DNA of 40,977 nucleotides, taken from NCBI GenBank assembly GCA_963736875.1, contig CAVTQH010000002.1, forward strand, positions 400,663-441,639, given 5' to 3'. The DNA comes from Candidatus Amesbacteria bacterium (GTDB lineage Bacteria > Patescibacteriota > Microgenomatia > CAZETR01 > Amesbacteraceae). The position numbers and the translations under genes are program-made. Numbering within the stretch: position 1 is the stretch's first letter; each line of letters begins with the position of its first letter. Shown here piece by piece: positions 20,552-31,448 of this stretch. A model generated the notes under the pieces. That model did no database searches and was not told the DNA's origin. It saw nothing but the letters and a program-made list of their open reading frames with translations.

Positions 20552-21734
20552 ATCGCTTTTAATTCCGGCCATTGTCTTACGCCTGCTGTTTTCCGCTCTG
20601 TTTTTTCACCCGGATATTAAAAGCCAGAACTTTCATGCTCAGTATTTATCACGGGGGATAATTAATATTTACGATTTTATCGACAAAAATAAAAGCTCCC
20701 TGCCATATACCGACACGTTTAATTACCCTCCCCTGACTTATTACTTTTTGGGCAGCTGGAATTTTATTGCCGGCAGGATTTTAGGACCTGATCTGAGTCA
20801 CTGGCTGAATGACTGGGGTCCCGGGGGTTACTCCAATCCCGGAATGTTTGAGTTTATGCTGCTTCTGAAATTCCCCTATTTATTGTTTGATCTGGCTATT
20901 GGTTTACTTCTGATGCAGGTAAGCCGCAGATTTCTGGCCTTGTGGCTTTTTAATCCCCTTTCACTGTATGCGATTTATATGATAGGCCAATTCGATATTA
21001 TTCCGGCGGCTTTAACGGTAGCAGCGCTGCTTTTAACCCGTCAAAACAAACTTACTACCGCTGTCATTCTTCTTGGTTTGGGAGCAGCCCTTAAAACCTA
21101 TCCATTACTTTTGGTCCCGTTTGTTCTGATTAGGGCATCCGGATACAAACAGGTGATAGTAGCGGTTTTGGCGTTTCTTGCGGCTTTCATCCTGCCCTTT
21201 TTACCTGTAATTAATTCTTCTGCTTTTCGTTATTCCATGTCCCATTCCAATCTGATGCAGGGGATTTTTTACGCCAACATCGGAGTCAGTGCCACTCAAA
21301 ATATTCCCCTTTATGTATTGATCTGGGGTCTGGTTTTCTGGCTGTCCTGGAAAAGACGTAAAAATACTGATTTATTGCCGGAATTTTTTACACTTACATT
21401 TACAGTGACTTTAATTTCTCACTTTCACGCCCAATGGCTGGTGTGGAGTTTGCCGTTTCTGATTTTGGTATTGGCAAAAAACATCCGGCTCTGGCCGGTA
21501 GTCGCCGCTGTTACCGCAGGCTTTTTCGGTACGGTCTGGCTTATCCCGGATCAATTTGTTTTTCTGGGATTATTTTCCCCCGTCAATCCCCAGGCACTAA
21601 TTTTTCCCTCAATTTACGAACTGGTCAAACCTATGGTTTCGCCGGAATTTATTCAGAGTATGTTTCATACGCTCCTGGCAGCATCCGGAGCCTGGTTAAT
21701 TTTTACGGTTTGGAAATCTTATGAAACTGAATAA
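20523..21734 (+). CDS. GT-C membrane glycosyltransferase (GT87/PIG-M-like), HPD type
   Basis: HPD, FNYPPLTY, LKFPYLLFD, WLFNP, GQFDI, KTYP and HFHAQW. Confidence 0.72.
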   Translation: MKPASLNQLKSLLIPAIVLRLLFSALFFHPDIKSQNFHAQYLSRGIINIYDFIDKNKSSLPYTDTFNYPPLTYYFLGSWNFIAGRILGPDLSHWLNDWGPGGYSNPGMFEFMLLLKFPYLLFDLAIGLLLMQVSRRFLALWLFNPLSLYAIYMIGQFDIIPAALTVAALLLTRQNKLTTAVILLGLGAALKTYPLLLVPFVLIRASGYKQVIVAVLAFLAAFILPFLPVINSSAFRYSMSHSNLMQGIFYANIGVSATQNIPLYVLIWGLVFWLSWKRRKNTDLLPEFFTLTFTVTLISHFHAQWLVWSLPFLILVLAKNIRLWPVVAAVTAGFFGTVWLIPDQFVFLGLFSPVNPQALIFPSIYELVKPMVSPEFIQSMFHTLLAASGAWLIFTVWKSYETE

Positions 21735-22338
21735 ATATTGGCTTATGACTATTGCCTATTGCCTGGTGCCTATAGTCTTTGCCTTAGGTCTTAGCCTTTT
21801 GGTCCGCCGCCTGCCTGATACCGGTCAGTCGCAGGTCGAAAAAGAAATCTGGGTTTATTCCGGGCATCCTGTTTCCCAAGATTATTACCCCGGCCCATGA
21901 CGGATTCAATGTAATCACCGTTTATCTGCGAAATATCGGCTTAAGAAATCAGGATCCGTTTCTTTTCCAAATATCTGACTCCGCGGGGGTGATCAGATCA
22001 ATTTCCCTGACCGGTTACAACATAGGGGACGGCGACAATGTCCGTTTCCAATTTCCACCGATAACAAATTCAAAGAATCAACCACTGACACATTGACATT
22101 TTCATCAGACTCTCCCCAGTCAACGGCTATCGGAGTCGGTTACAGCGACCAGGCTAAAAGCATTGCTTATCAAACTTTCTATTTTCCTACTTCCCGTATC
22201 TCCGTTCTCAAATCCGTAACTATGACATTCCTAACCAATTTATTTCATCTGAAATTTATCGTCATTTTCCTGACTTTGTATTATTTAGCCCAAATTTCGT
22301 GCACCTTCGGGTTCCGGTTCAGTGCCGGCGAAAAATAA
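21721..22338 (+). CDS. Hypothetical membrane-anchored protein (TM - extracellular domain - TM), frameshifted
   Basis: ATG 21721 MKLNKYWLMTIAYCLVPIVFALGLSLL..., shift near 21880 into ...NVITVYLRNIGLRNQDPFLF...GYNIGDGDNVRFQFPPI, then ORF 22093..22338. Confidence 0.55.
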
Positions 22339-22554
22339 TATCCTGGACAGGGTCAGGGCTTTTTCAGCTGACTTTTCCCGGCCTAAAGATCGGGTTTTTA
22401 TTATTGTCAATTCGTTACGAAAATCACTTTCCGGTTTTTTGTGCAATTTCAATATTCTGTCAATGAAAGTATCCGCTAAAGCATCCTGACCCCTGATGAT
22501 CCAGTTGGATATTCTCAGTAAGTCGGTGGATAAATCCAAACTGTCATTTTTCAT
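22285..22554 (-). CDS. Small helical hypothetical protein coupled to the DUF5674 gene
   Basis: 89 aa ORF whose start overlaps the end of the upstream DUF5674 gene. The 3' end is uncertain because it overlaps a convergent gene. Confidence 0.6.
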   Translation of the reverse strand: MKNDSLDLSTDLLRISNWIIRGQDALADTFIDRILKLHKKPESDFRNELTIIKTRSLGREKSAEKALTLSRILFFAGTEPEPEGARNLG

Positions 22555-22886
22555 ATCCGAATTTATTTTTAACCAGGTTAATGAAATCCTGCCTGGTTTG
22601 GGGATCTAATATTTCCTGGCTATTATTATTTTGCCCCGGCCGTAAATTAATCAATGCGAAGGTGTCTACTTGTCTGCTGGTTAAATCCACCCCGCCCCCC
22701 CAGATATCATTTTGGCTGCTGCCACTCTCTATTAGAAGTTTTTCCGCATCAGCGTGCCAAAGACCGCCGATAGCGACCGCTTTTTCCTTTAGGTCAGCCA
22801 CTACTTTCACAAAATCTCCGTAATCTTTCCTTAGCGGTTTGAAGATCAGTATCGGTTACTTTGTCTTTCACCATCACAATTCCCAT
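22544..22886 (-). CDS. DUF5674-family protein, one frameshift
   Basis: ATG 22886 MGIVMVKDKVTDTDLQTAKE, shift near 22826 into ...KVVAD.....AIGGLWHADAEKLLIESGSSQNDIWGG...LINLRPGQNNNSQEILDP..R. Confidence 0.78.
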
Positions 22887-22895
22887 ATGCAGACC

Positions 22896-22903
22896 ATTAT
22901 AAT
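22896..22903. promoter_or_regulatory. Palindromic ATTATAAT bidirectional -10
   Basis: TATAAT on + (22898-22903) 8 bp before ATG 22912, and TATAAT on - (22896-22901) 9 bp before ATG 22886. Confidence 0.65.
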
Positions 22904-22911
22904 CAATCTAC

Positions 22912-24526
22912 ATGCGAAACGGAAAATTATGGATTCTTGGTATCATCGTGATCTTGGCAGCAGGGCTCAGGCTGATAGGGTTGGACAAATACCCTGCCGG
23001 ATTTACTCCCGATGAAGCAGCCTTCGGCTACAACGCTTATTCGCTTTTAAAAACCGGTCATGACGAGTGGGGGATACCTTTTTGGCAGCTTCCATTTACC
23101 AACCTGCGTTCTTTCGGAGATTATAAAATGCCGCTGTATGCTTTTTTGACAGTTCCTTCAGTAACTTTATTTGGACTTAATGAAATTGCTGTTCGTCTTC
23201 CCAATGCAATTTTGGGAATCCTGGCTGTAGTTGTGATTTATTTATTCGGTAGAAAGTTAACCGGAAATAAAAATACCGCGCAAATTGCAGCTCTGATGCT
23301 CGCAATTTCTCCCTGGCATATGCCTCTTTCCCGCGGCGCTTTTGAAGCCAATCTGATTACATTTTTCCTTCCTTTGGGTATATATCTGTATCTTCAGAAA
23401 AAATACCGGTTATCAGTTAATTATTTTTTCACTGTCTCTGTATTCATATCATTCATCCCGGATCATTGCACCGCTGGCTCTGATCGGTTTGTTAATTGTC
23501 TATAAACCTGATCTGAAAAAACTATTTTCGTCGGCTTTATTACTGTTATTGTTTATCCCGGCAGTCTACTCACTGGTTTTTTCCAATGCCCGGGCAGCTG
23601 ACGTTTCGATTTTTCACTCCGACGACAATTGGGCTGCCATGGCCACCGGCCGGTTGAACCTGATCAGCTCCGGCACGCACCCGCTTATCGCCAGGTTGTT
23701 TATCAATAAAATCACTCATACCGGTCTGGTATTTTTTGATAATTTCAAGTCCTATTTCTCATATAAATTTCTTTTCTCCTCCGGTCCGGCAGAGGCAACA
23801 TACGGAATGCTGCCGGGGGTAGGTGTTTTGTATCTGATTCAACTTCCGTTTTTACTGATCTTCGGTTATCAATTAATTACTTCCCGTAATAAAAACTACT
23901 GCTATTTACTGTTATTACTTCTTCTTTCTCCGATTGCTGCCGCTCTGGCCAAAGGTCCGGGTCTGGCGGGAAACCGCGCCGCTTTCATGGTCATCCCCCT
24001 GACCCTGATGTCTGCCATCGGATTTGGTTTTTTAGCCAAAAAAGCAGGTAAATTGTTTTCCGTATTACTTTTACTATTGCTTTTAATATCCGCCGGCTCA
24101 TATCTCATAACCTATATCTTCAAATCTCCGGTCGTTCATGCGCACTCCATGGGTTACGGTTTCAGGCAGATGGCTCAGTATTTATCTGAAAATGAAAGTG
24201 GGTTTTCTCAAATCAGAATCAGCCGTTCACTGTCCGAACCCCATATTTACCTGGCTTTGTATCAAAAAACGGATCCCCGGGTGTATCAGACAGCTGCAAT
24301 ATCCTGGGCGGATTTTGAGAAAAAGGGATTTCGGTTTTTGGACCAGTATGATGGTTATACATTGGGAAAATACCGTTTTGGTGATCTGAATTACGAACGG
24401 TATGACCCTGGTAACATCTTATACGTCGGCCACCCCACCGATTTTCCATCCGAAACCAGAGTCAAAATAATCTCCCTCTTTCCGGATACCTCCCCGGCAA
24501 TTGTTTCTTATTCACCCTCCGACTAA
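22912..24526 (+). CDS. ArnT/PMT-family glycosyltransferase, one frameshift
   Basis: TPDEAAFGYNAYSLLKTGHDEWG, FGDYKMPLY, SPWHMPLSRGAFE. Second half has EPHIYLALY...DP..YQ. Confidence 0.87.
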
Positions 24527-24535
24527 AATACTCTC

Positions 24536-24955
24536 ATGGATCAAAAGACCCTGATTCTGGCAATATTGAGTCTGATCGGTTGGGGAGTCGGATCGTTTAT
24601 CGCCAAGCTGGCTACTAATCGGATCGGAGAAAAAACCGTATTTTGGGATTTGGCAGGGTATGTACCCATGGTAATCATCTACTGCCTGTTTATTTTCCGG
24701 TCAAAAGAACTATTTTCGGCTGACAAGAACGGGATTATCTTGGGTTTGATCGCCGGTTTACTCGGATCTATAGGGGTAATATCATTTTATATTTTATTGA
24801 CCAGAAAAGATGCTTCATCAGCGGTACCTATGACAGCGCTATATCCTATGTTAACGGCAATTTTAGCCATAATATTTTTAAAGGAGTCATTAACTCTGGT
24901 AAAAGCGGTGGGAATTGTCCTGTCAGTTGTTGCACTGGTGTTACTTAGCCTCTAA
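24536..24955 (+). CDS. Half-size EamA/DMT-family membrane protein
   Basis: 139 aa, ~5 TM helices, WG....AK, ASSAVPMTALYP, IFLKESLTLVK..G. TAAAAT (24524-24529) lies 6 bp upstream. Confidence 0.85.
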   Translation: MDQKTLILAILSLIGWGVGSFIAKLATNRIGEKTVFWDLAGYVPMVIIYCLFIFRSKELFSADKNGIILGLIAGLLGSIGVISFYILLTRKDASSAVPMTALYPMLTAILAIIFLKESLTLVKAVGIVLSVVALVLLSL

Positions 24956-25005
24956 AGGCATATATAGTTAAACACGGAAAAGGGGATTGTTATGGCTGAT
25001 TTTGG
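24932..25005 (+). repeat. Direct repeat copy 1 (~74 bp)
   Basis: GCACTGGTGTTACTTAGCCTCTAAAGGC (28 bp identical to 26604-26631), followed by a diverged copy ending TGGCTGATTTTGG. Confidence 0.92.
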
Positions 25006-26577
25006 TTATATACAGTTTTTTTTGTCAAAAGCCTGTCTATATTGCAGAAGAAACGAACCGATATTTTCTTCCATAATTACAGATGAAAAGTAGTTTTCTG
25101 TTTTAATATCTTCTAAAGAAAGTTTTTCAGGTATTCCTCTCATTGGCTCGCGAATATAAAAGCGGATACATGTTAATCCGTTTCCGGGTACGGGAAATAT
25201 ACCCGGGTATCCTAAAACGTTACCGGTTTCAAGAAAAGGCATATACCCATATTTTTTATAACCGTATTGATTGAATAAATAAGCCCAAACTGTTTGTACC
25301 AAATAAGGCATACCTGTAACTCTAAAAGTGAATTGATTACCGTCTGCTTGTTTGTACATTCTATTAATTATTTCAATCTCATCAGAGAGTCTCATGTAAG
25401 GTTGTGCTTTGATTCCCACATTTAAACCATTTATGTTGTTGGTTAAGATTAAGTTTAAGTTACTTATTAATATTAAAATTAGTAATAATGTACAAAGTAA
25501 TATCGATTTCTTTGATATATTTTCAAGCAATACACTAATTCCTAAAATTAACCCTAGCCCAATTCCTACATTCATTTGATACATGTTGTATCCGCCGGTA
25601 AATAACATTAATGATCCTGAAAGAATCCAAATAATTATCACCAATACCGATTTACTTTTTTCTCTGATAGCCTTAAATATTAAAAGTATTATTGTCCCGA
25701 ATGTAAAAACACAGGAAGTTAAAGATTTTACGGTAAAAGAATATATGTTGTCATGGAATATTAGCATTAAGTATTTTAGATAGTTGGAATATTTATTTTC
25801 TCCCGCATCAAGAACATGGAATCCGGAAAAAATTAAATTAAATCCGTTCTTTAGATTTGTGAAGTTATACATCAATTCTCCGATAATAAAACTTGAGGAA
25901 ATTAAAAGGAAAATGCATGAGGCAATCAACCAATGAATTGGTTTAAGAACTCTGAGGTTTTTTCTGAACATAAATAGAAGAAGTAAGCTTAAAGGGATTG
26001 TATAAATCGAATATAGTTCGAATTGAACAGATGAACTTACTCCGATTGACATCAACAAAATTCCTATAAAGGATTTTTTAGGAAATTTATGAATAACCGA
26101 TACTCCCAGGAAAATAAGTAACCATGACAGAATTGCCAGAGAAGGATTCCCGGTAAAAATGGCATATTGTGTTTCCTCAAAAGAAAAAGCAAAAATCAAC
26201 CCACAGATTATTCCGGTCCTGCGATTAAATAAAACTTTTCCAAGATAATATATAAGAAAAACCCCAAGTGAATTAAAAACCCTGAAAAATATTGATACTA
26301 TCAGTGGACTTCCCTGTGCTATTAAGTATAAAGGACCCAAAAAATACCAAAATAGTACTCCGTGATGTAAACCCGTATTACCGGCAGTCGGCCCAATAAT
26401 TTTTAAATCCCTTTCCAGATATATGTTTTGACTGATAAAAGCATCCCTTGCCTCATCGAATCCAAAATATGCAGATTCACTTAAATAGAGAACACGTATT
26501 AACAATGCAACTGTGAATATTAGCAAACATATGGCCAGATCTATTTTGTATTTATCAATATACCTAATTATTCTCAT
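25006..26577 (-). CDS. AT-rich ArnT/PMT_2-like glycosyltransferase, apparently inserted
   Basis: Intact 523 aa with FGFDEARD, LKIIGP and NPS motifs and many TM helices. Opposite strand to its neighbours and visibly AT-richer. TAAAAT lies 8 bp upstream (26586-26591). Confidence 0.82.
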   Translation of the reverse strand: MRIIRYIDKYKIDLAICLLIFTVALLIRVLYLSESAYFGFDEARDAFISQNIYLERDLKIIGPTAGNTGLHHGVLFWYFLGPLYLIAQGSPLIVSIFFRVFNSLGVFLIYYLGKVLFNRRTGIICGLIFAFSFEETQYAIFTGNPSLAILSWLLIFLGVSVIHKFPKKSFIGILLMSIGVSSSVQFELYSIYTIPLSLLLLFMFRKNLRVLKPIHWLIASCIFLLISSSFIIGELMYNFTNLKNGFNLIFSGFHVLDAGENKYSNYLKYLMLIFHDNIYSFTVKSLTSCVFTFGTIILLIFKAIREKSKSVLVIIIWILSGSLMLFTGGYNMYQMNVGIGLGLILGISVLLENISKKSILLCTLLLILILISNLNLILTNNINGLNVGIKAQPYMRLSDEIEIINRMYKQADGNQFTFRVTGMPYLVQTVWAYLFNQYGYKKYGYMPFLETGNVLGYPGIFPVPGNGLTCIRFYIREPMRGIPEKLSLEDIKTENYFSSVIMEENIGSFLLQYRQAFDKKNCI

Positions 26578-26603
26578 TCCAGGTTATTTTACATAAATGT
26601 GTA

Positions 26604-26676
26604 GCACTGGTGTTACTTAGCCTCTAAAGGCTATAATAGTTGGGCATGAAAAGGGGACTGCTGTGGCTGATTTTGG
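26604..26676 (+). repeat. Direct repeat copy 2 (~73 bp), containing TATAAT and the ATG of the next gene
   Basis: GCACTGGTGTTACTTAGCCTCTAAAGGC-TATAAT-AGTTGGGC-ATGAAAAGGGGACTGCTGTGGCTGATTTTGG. Confidence 0.92.
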
Positions 26677-28270
26677 GCTTGCTTCTGATTCCTTCTTTTT
26701 CTCTCATGCTCCGGCCGGGTATTTTTACCATGCATGACCCCCATCTTTTCCGTATTTTTGAATACAGTAAATGTCTTAATGACGGGATATTTCCCCTGCC
26801 GATGGGCACCTGATTCCGGCAAGGGTTACGGCGAACCCCTGTTTAACTTCTACGCTCAGGCTCCGTATTGGATTACTGCCTTTTTTCACCTGATACGTTT
26901 CTCCCTGATAGACTCCATCAAAGCGGCTTTTATCCTCTCTTTGCTAGCCTCAGCCGGTGCCATGTATCTGTACGCCCGGCGTTATTGGGGTAACCTGGGC
27001 GGTCTGGTTTCGGCAGTATTTTATATCTACGCTCCTTACAGGGCGGTAGACGTCTGGGTCAGGGGTTCCCTGCCCGAAAGCCTGGCATTTGTCCTGTATC
27101 CGCTGATTCTGTATTTTCTTGATTTGTTTTTCGAGAATCGTAAACCGAAATATTTGTTATATTTTTCCCTCTCACTTGCCTTGCTGATCAATATTCACAA
27201 CCTTTCATTTTTAATGTTTGCACCTTTTTTGGGAGTTTACTGGTTAGTAAAAAGCTGGTTGCGGAAACAATTCTCCAGTTTCTGGCCAATGATTCTGGCC
27301 GGAATCTTTGCTCTGCTGCTCTCCGCGTTTTACCTGTTACCGGTAATCTTTGAAAGTTCACTCATTACTCTCAATCAGACAGTCCAGGGTTACTATGATT
27401 TTCATGTCCATTTCACCACCCTGCGTGAATTGTTTATTTCCCGGTATTGGGGTTACGGGGCATCTCTTTGGGCTCAAAAGTTTTTAAGTGTTTCAATCGG
27501 CCAGATTCACTGGATTGTTCCCCTGTTATTACTGTCAGCCGCTTTAATAAAACGGAAATTTAACCTCAGCACTTTTTACTTATTACTGTTTTCTACTTCT
27601 GGGAGTTTCCGCCCTGTTTCTAACCCACGGAAAATCCTCATTTATTTGGAATCTGATTCCGGTTATGAAATATATTCAATTTCCCTGGCGTTTTTTAACC
27701 ATCGCTGTCTTTTTCCTGTCACTGGCATCAGGTTACTTTGTTAAATTATTCCCCAAAAGATTAATTCCTGTCTTACTGATACTGTTGCTTTTTACTAATT
27801 ATTCATTTTTCCGCCCTGATATCTGGCGAAACATTTCCGACCGGGAACAGTATTCCGGCGCTCTCTGGGACGAAGCCCGCAGTTCATCACTGACCGATTT
27901 TTGGCCAAAGACTGCCGTAGTACCGACTGATTTTGCCCCCTCCGGGATTCAATTATTATCCGGAGATGTTCAGGTTAACCAGTTTAGTACAAAAAGTCAT
28001 TCCGCCTATCTTGATGTTACGGCTAATTCCATATCCCGTATAACCTTGCCGATTGTGTACTTCCCCGGCTGGGAACTTAAAGTTGATAATCGGGTTAAAC
28101 TACTGACCCCTTCAGCCGATTCGGGCTATATCACTTTCAGCCTGCCCCCAGGCAGGCATGAAATTAATTTGAGTTTTAAAAACACCTGGCCGCGGACAGC
28201 AGGCAATCTGATTAGCCTGTTCGCACTGCTTTCCATACCCGTATGGTTTCTCAAAAAAAAGCTTGGTTAA
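26646..28270 (+). CDS. PTPS-related / YfhO-like GT-C membrane protein, 2 frameshifts
   Basis: ATG 26646 MKRGLLWLIL...MHDPHLFRIFE, then RWAPD.G.GYGEPLFNFY, YAPYRAVDVWVRG, QFPWRFL, YFPGW and LPPGRH. Confidence 0.82.
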
Positions 28271-29829
28271 TCCTGATAATCATTATTTTATTCTCCGGCA
28301 TAATCCGGCTGATAAATCTAAATGCTTTACCCCTGAATTGGGATGAAGTCAGCCACGGCTACAACGCCTACAGCCTCTTACTTACCGGCCGCGACCAGTG
28401 GAATCAGGCCTTTCCCCTTCTTAATTTCCGGGCTTACGGTGATTACCCCACTACTCTCAATTTATACATGTCCGTCCTGCCGTTAAAAGTTTTCGGTATG
28501 ACTGATTTTGCTCTCCGGCTGCCCCACATTCTGATCGGGATACTCTCCGTTGTTCTGGCTTACATAGCAGCTTTCAGGTGGCAGAAAAATCGCTTACTGG
28601 CCTTGTTTGCCGCCTTCTTTGTAGCTTTGGAACCCTGGACATTTTTTCCCTCCAGGGCGGTCTTTCAGTCCAACTGGACGGTGTTCCTGCTCTTTTTGGG
28701 CCTGGGACTTTATTTTTCAAAAAAGACAATTCCTGCGGTTTTAATCTGGGGTCTGTCGCTTTTTGCATATCACAATACCAGAATATTCATTCCTCTCCTG
28801 CTTGTTTTTTTACTCTTTAAAAAGTCCGTCAGGATAAACAAAAAGGTCCTGGGGACTGTAATTTCGGTAATGGTTTTGGGAATTGGTATTTTATGGTTTT
28901 CCCAGGCCCGGGCCCGGGGTAATTGGGTAGGCATTCTGGATTCCGGAGCTATTGCTTATATCGAACAGCAGAGAAACATTTCCCGTCTTCCGCGTCCTGC
29001 TTACCCGTCTTCTGTTTAACCGTCCGGTATTCATGCTGACCAATGCGGTTAAAAATTTCCTGGGTTATTACTCACCGCGTTATTTATTTTTCAGCGGCGG
29101 TACCCAATACCAGTTTTCCCAACCCGGCTTCGGCGTGTTGAACCCTATACTTCTGCCGTTTTTCTATTGGGGAATATTTCAGCTGTACCGTCGCCGCCAA
29201 TGGTTTGTTTTATTATGGCTTTTTCTCTCCCCGATACCCGCAGCCATTACCCGTGATCAGTATGCTGTGATCCGTGCCACCACCATGATTCCGGCTGTTT
29301 ATCTTTCCGTATCATTGGGATTGATATCCTTCTTAAATTTCTTAAAAACCCGCCGGTTGTCTTTAGTATTTCCGATTTTGGTTTTGATTTTATGGTTATT
29401 TTCGCCTGCATTTACGCTTATTCCTATTTCGTAAAATATCCCGTCCGGTACGCTTCCTCCTGGCAGTACGGCAACCGGCAAATGGTGAATTTTATCAAAT
29501 CAGACTTTTCAAAATACGATCAAATATTTATTACCAAAAGATACGGTGAGCCGCATGAATATATTCTCTGGTACTGGCCTTGGGATCCGAAAGCTCTTCA
29601 AAATGACCCGTCCCTTAAATGGGATTTCCATGACAACTGGTATTGGATAAATGCCCTGTCCCGCCTGCGTTTTGTTAATGATTGGGAAATTAAGGATATG
29701 GCCAAAGTTTTACCCCGCGGAAATAAATACCTGATCATCAGTTCAGGCGACAGCCGGCCGGACGGAGCCAAAGTGGGCCAGATTAATTATCCGGACGGCA
29801 GCACCGTCTACGTTATGACAGCCATATGA
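28243..29829 (+). CDS. ArnT/PMT-family glycosyltransferase, 2 frameshifts
   Basis: NWDEVSHGYNAYSLLLTGRDQW, YGDY, EPWTFFPSR, then YSPRYLF, then WQYG, YGEPHEYILWY and YPDG. Confidence 0.85.
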
Positions 29830-31448
29830 ATAAAAAATGGTTGATATTGGCAATTCTGATATTGGGTTTAATCCTAAGAGTTGTTAAGTTAGATTCCCGT
29901 CCGTTTGGTTTCACCTGGGATGAAGCGGCTTTGGGATACAACGCTTATTCGCTTCAAAAAACCGGCAGGGATGAGTATGGTCAATTAGCACCGCTGGTGT
30001 TTAAATCCTTCGGCGACTACAAACCCGGTTTGTATATCTATTTTACCGTCCCGGTTATTAAAGCACTGGGTCTGAATGAATTTTCCACCCGCCTGCCCTC
30101 TGCCATATTCGGTACACTGCTTCTTCCGGTCATCTTTGTATTAACCGGACTGGCTTTTCCCGGTAAATCAAGAAACTTAAGCTTTCTTGCCATGGCGGTA
30201 GCCGCTTTTAATCCCTGGCTTGTACATTTCTCCCGCGGAGCCTGGGAGGCAAACCTCAGTCTGCTTTTAACCGCTCTGGGCGTGGTTTTGTTTATAAAAA
30301 GCGTTAAAAACCAGTCAGTCACAGGCTTTTTATTGTCTTCCGGATTCTTTGGTTTAACACTTCTAACTTATCAGTCGGCAAAACTGTTTACCCCGCTTCT
30401 AATGCTGTCATTATTTATTATTTATTATAGAAAAATCAGGCTTTCAAAGCTTTTACCTTCACTGTTACCATTCCTGTTACTAATACTACCCGTCGTTATC
30501 AATTTTGCCGGCCAATCCGGACGGCTGAAGGTTTTTAATGTTTTCAGCTACACCCGGACCGCTGAATATGTCAAAGAGATTTTTCGCCAGGATGGAACTT
30601 CCGGTAAAAATCTTATTTACTATATATATCATTCAGAATTACTTGATCAGACCAAGGGCGTTTTACAGCGGTATTTAAATCATTTCTCACCCCGGTTTCT
30701 GTTTACGGAAGGGGATTGGACTTCTTTGCGTCACACCACCTACCGTCAGGGATATTTTACTTTAGCAGAAATTATTCCGCTGGTATTGGGAATGTTTTGG
30801 TTTTTAAAGAATTTAAAAAGCCGCGGAGCCAGGGTATTAATAATCTGGATGATTCTGGCTCCCCTTCCAGCGGCTTTCTCGAGGGACCTGGTTTCCGGCG
30901 TCCGGTCCCTGGCATTATCCGTACCTCTGACGATAATTATCGCTGCCGGTATATCTCAAATAACAAAGCACAAGCTTCATCTGGTCATGTTTATTTCCGT
31001 CTGGGTGATTCTTTTCGCTTTGTATCTGGAAATGTACTACTTTCACAGCCAGTTTTATTCAGCCGGTCAGTGGGTTTCCCCGTATAAAAGCGCGTTTCAG
31101 AAAGTGAAACAATACGGGAGTGATTATTCCCGGATATATTTCACCGACAAACTCGGCCAGCCCTACATTTTTGCCCTGTTTTATCTGCAGGTTGATCCGG
31201 CAGATTATCAGAAGCAGGCTGTATTGCAGGCCAATCAAAGCGGTGATGTGGGTCAGGTTACCGGTTTTGATAAGTATGTTTTCCGGCCGATTTTCTGGCC
31301 CGAGCTTAGGGGAAAAACTAATTCCCTGTTCATCGGGGACGAATACGAACTTCCGGAAAAAGACTTAAATATTCCGGGTTTGATTAAAATCGGCGATATT
31401 TTCTATCCTGACGGCAAGTTAGCTCTCAAACTGGTGGGCATTCCATGA
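29826..31448 (+). CDS. ArnT/PMT-family glycosyltransferase
   Basis: Intact 540 aa: TWDEAALGYNAYSLQKTGRDEYG, FGDYKPGLY, NPWLVHFSRGAWE, GQPYIFALFY, YPDG. Confidence 0.9.
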   Translation: MNKKWLILAILILGLILRVVKLDSRPFGFTWDEAALGYNAYSLQKTGRDEYGQLAPLVFKSFGDYKPGLYIYFTVPVIKALGLNEFSTRLPSAIFGTLLLPVIFVLTGLAFPGKSRNLSFLAMAVAAFNPWLVHFSRGAWEANLSLLLTALGVVLFIKSVKNQSVTGFLLSSGFFGLTLLTYQSAKLFTPLLMLSLFIIYYRKIRLSKLLPSLLPFLLLILPVVINFAGQSGRLKVFNVFSYTRTAEYVKEIFRQDGTSGKNLIYYIYHSELLDQTKGVLQRYLNHFSPRFLFTEGDWTSLRHTTYRQGYFTLAEIIPLVLGMFWFLKNLKSRGARVLIIWMILAPLPAAFSRDLVSGVRSLALSVPLTIIIAAGISQITKHKLHLVMFISVWVILFALYLEMYYFHSQFYSAGQWVSPYKSAFQKVKQYGSDYSRIYFTDKLGQPYIFALFYLQVDPADYQKQAVLQANQSGDVGQVTGFDKYVFRPIFWPELRGKTNSLFIGDEYELPEKDLNIPGLIKIGDIFYPDGKLALKLVGIP

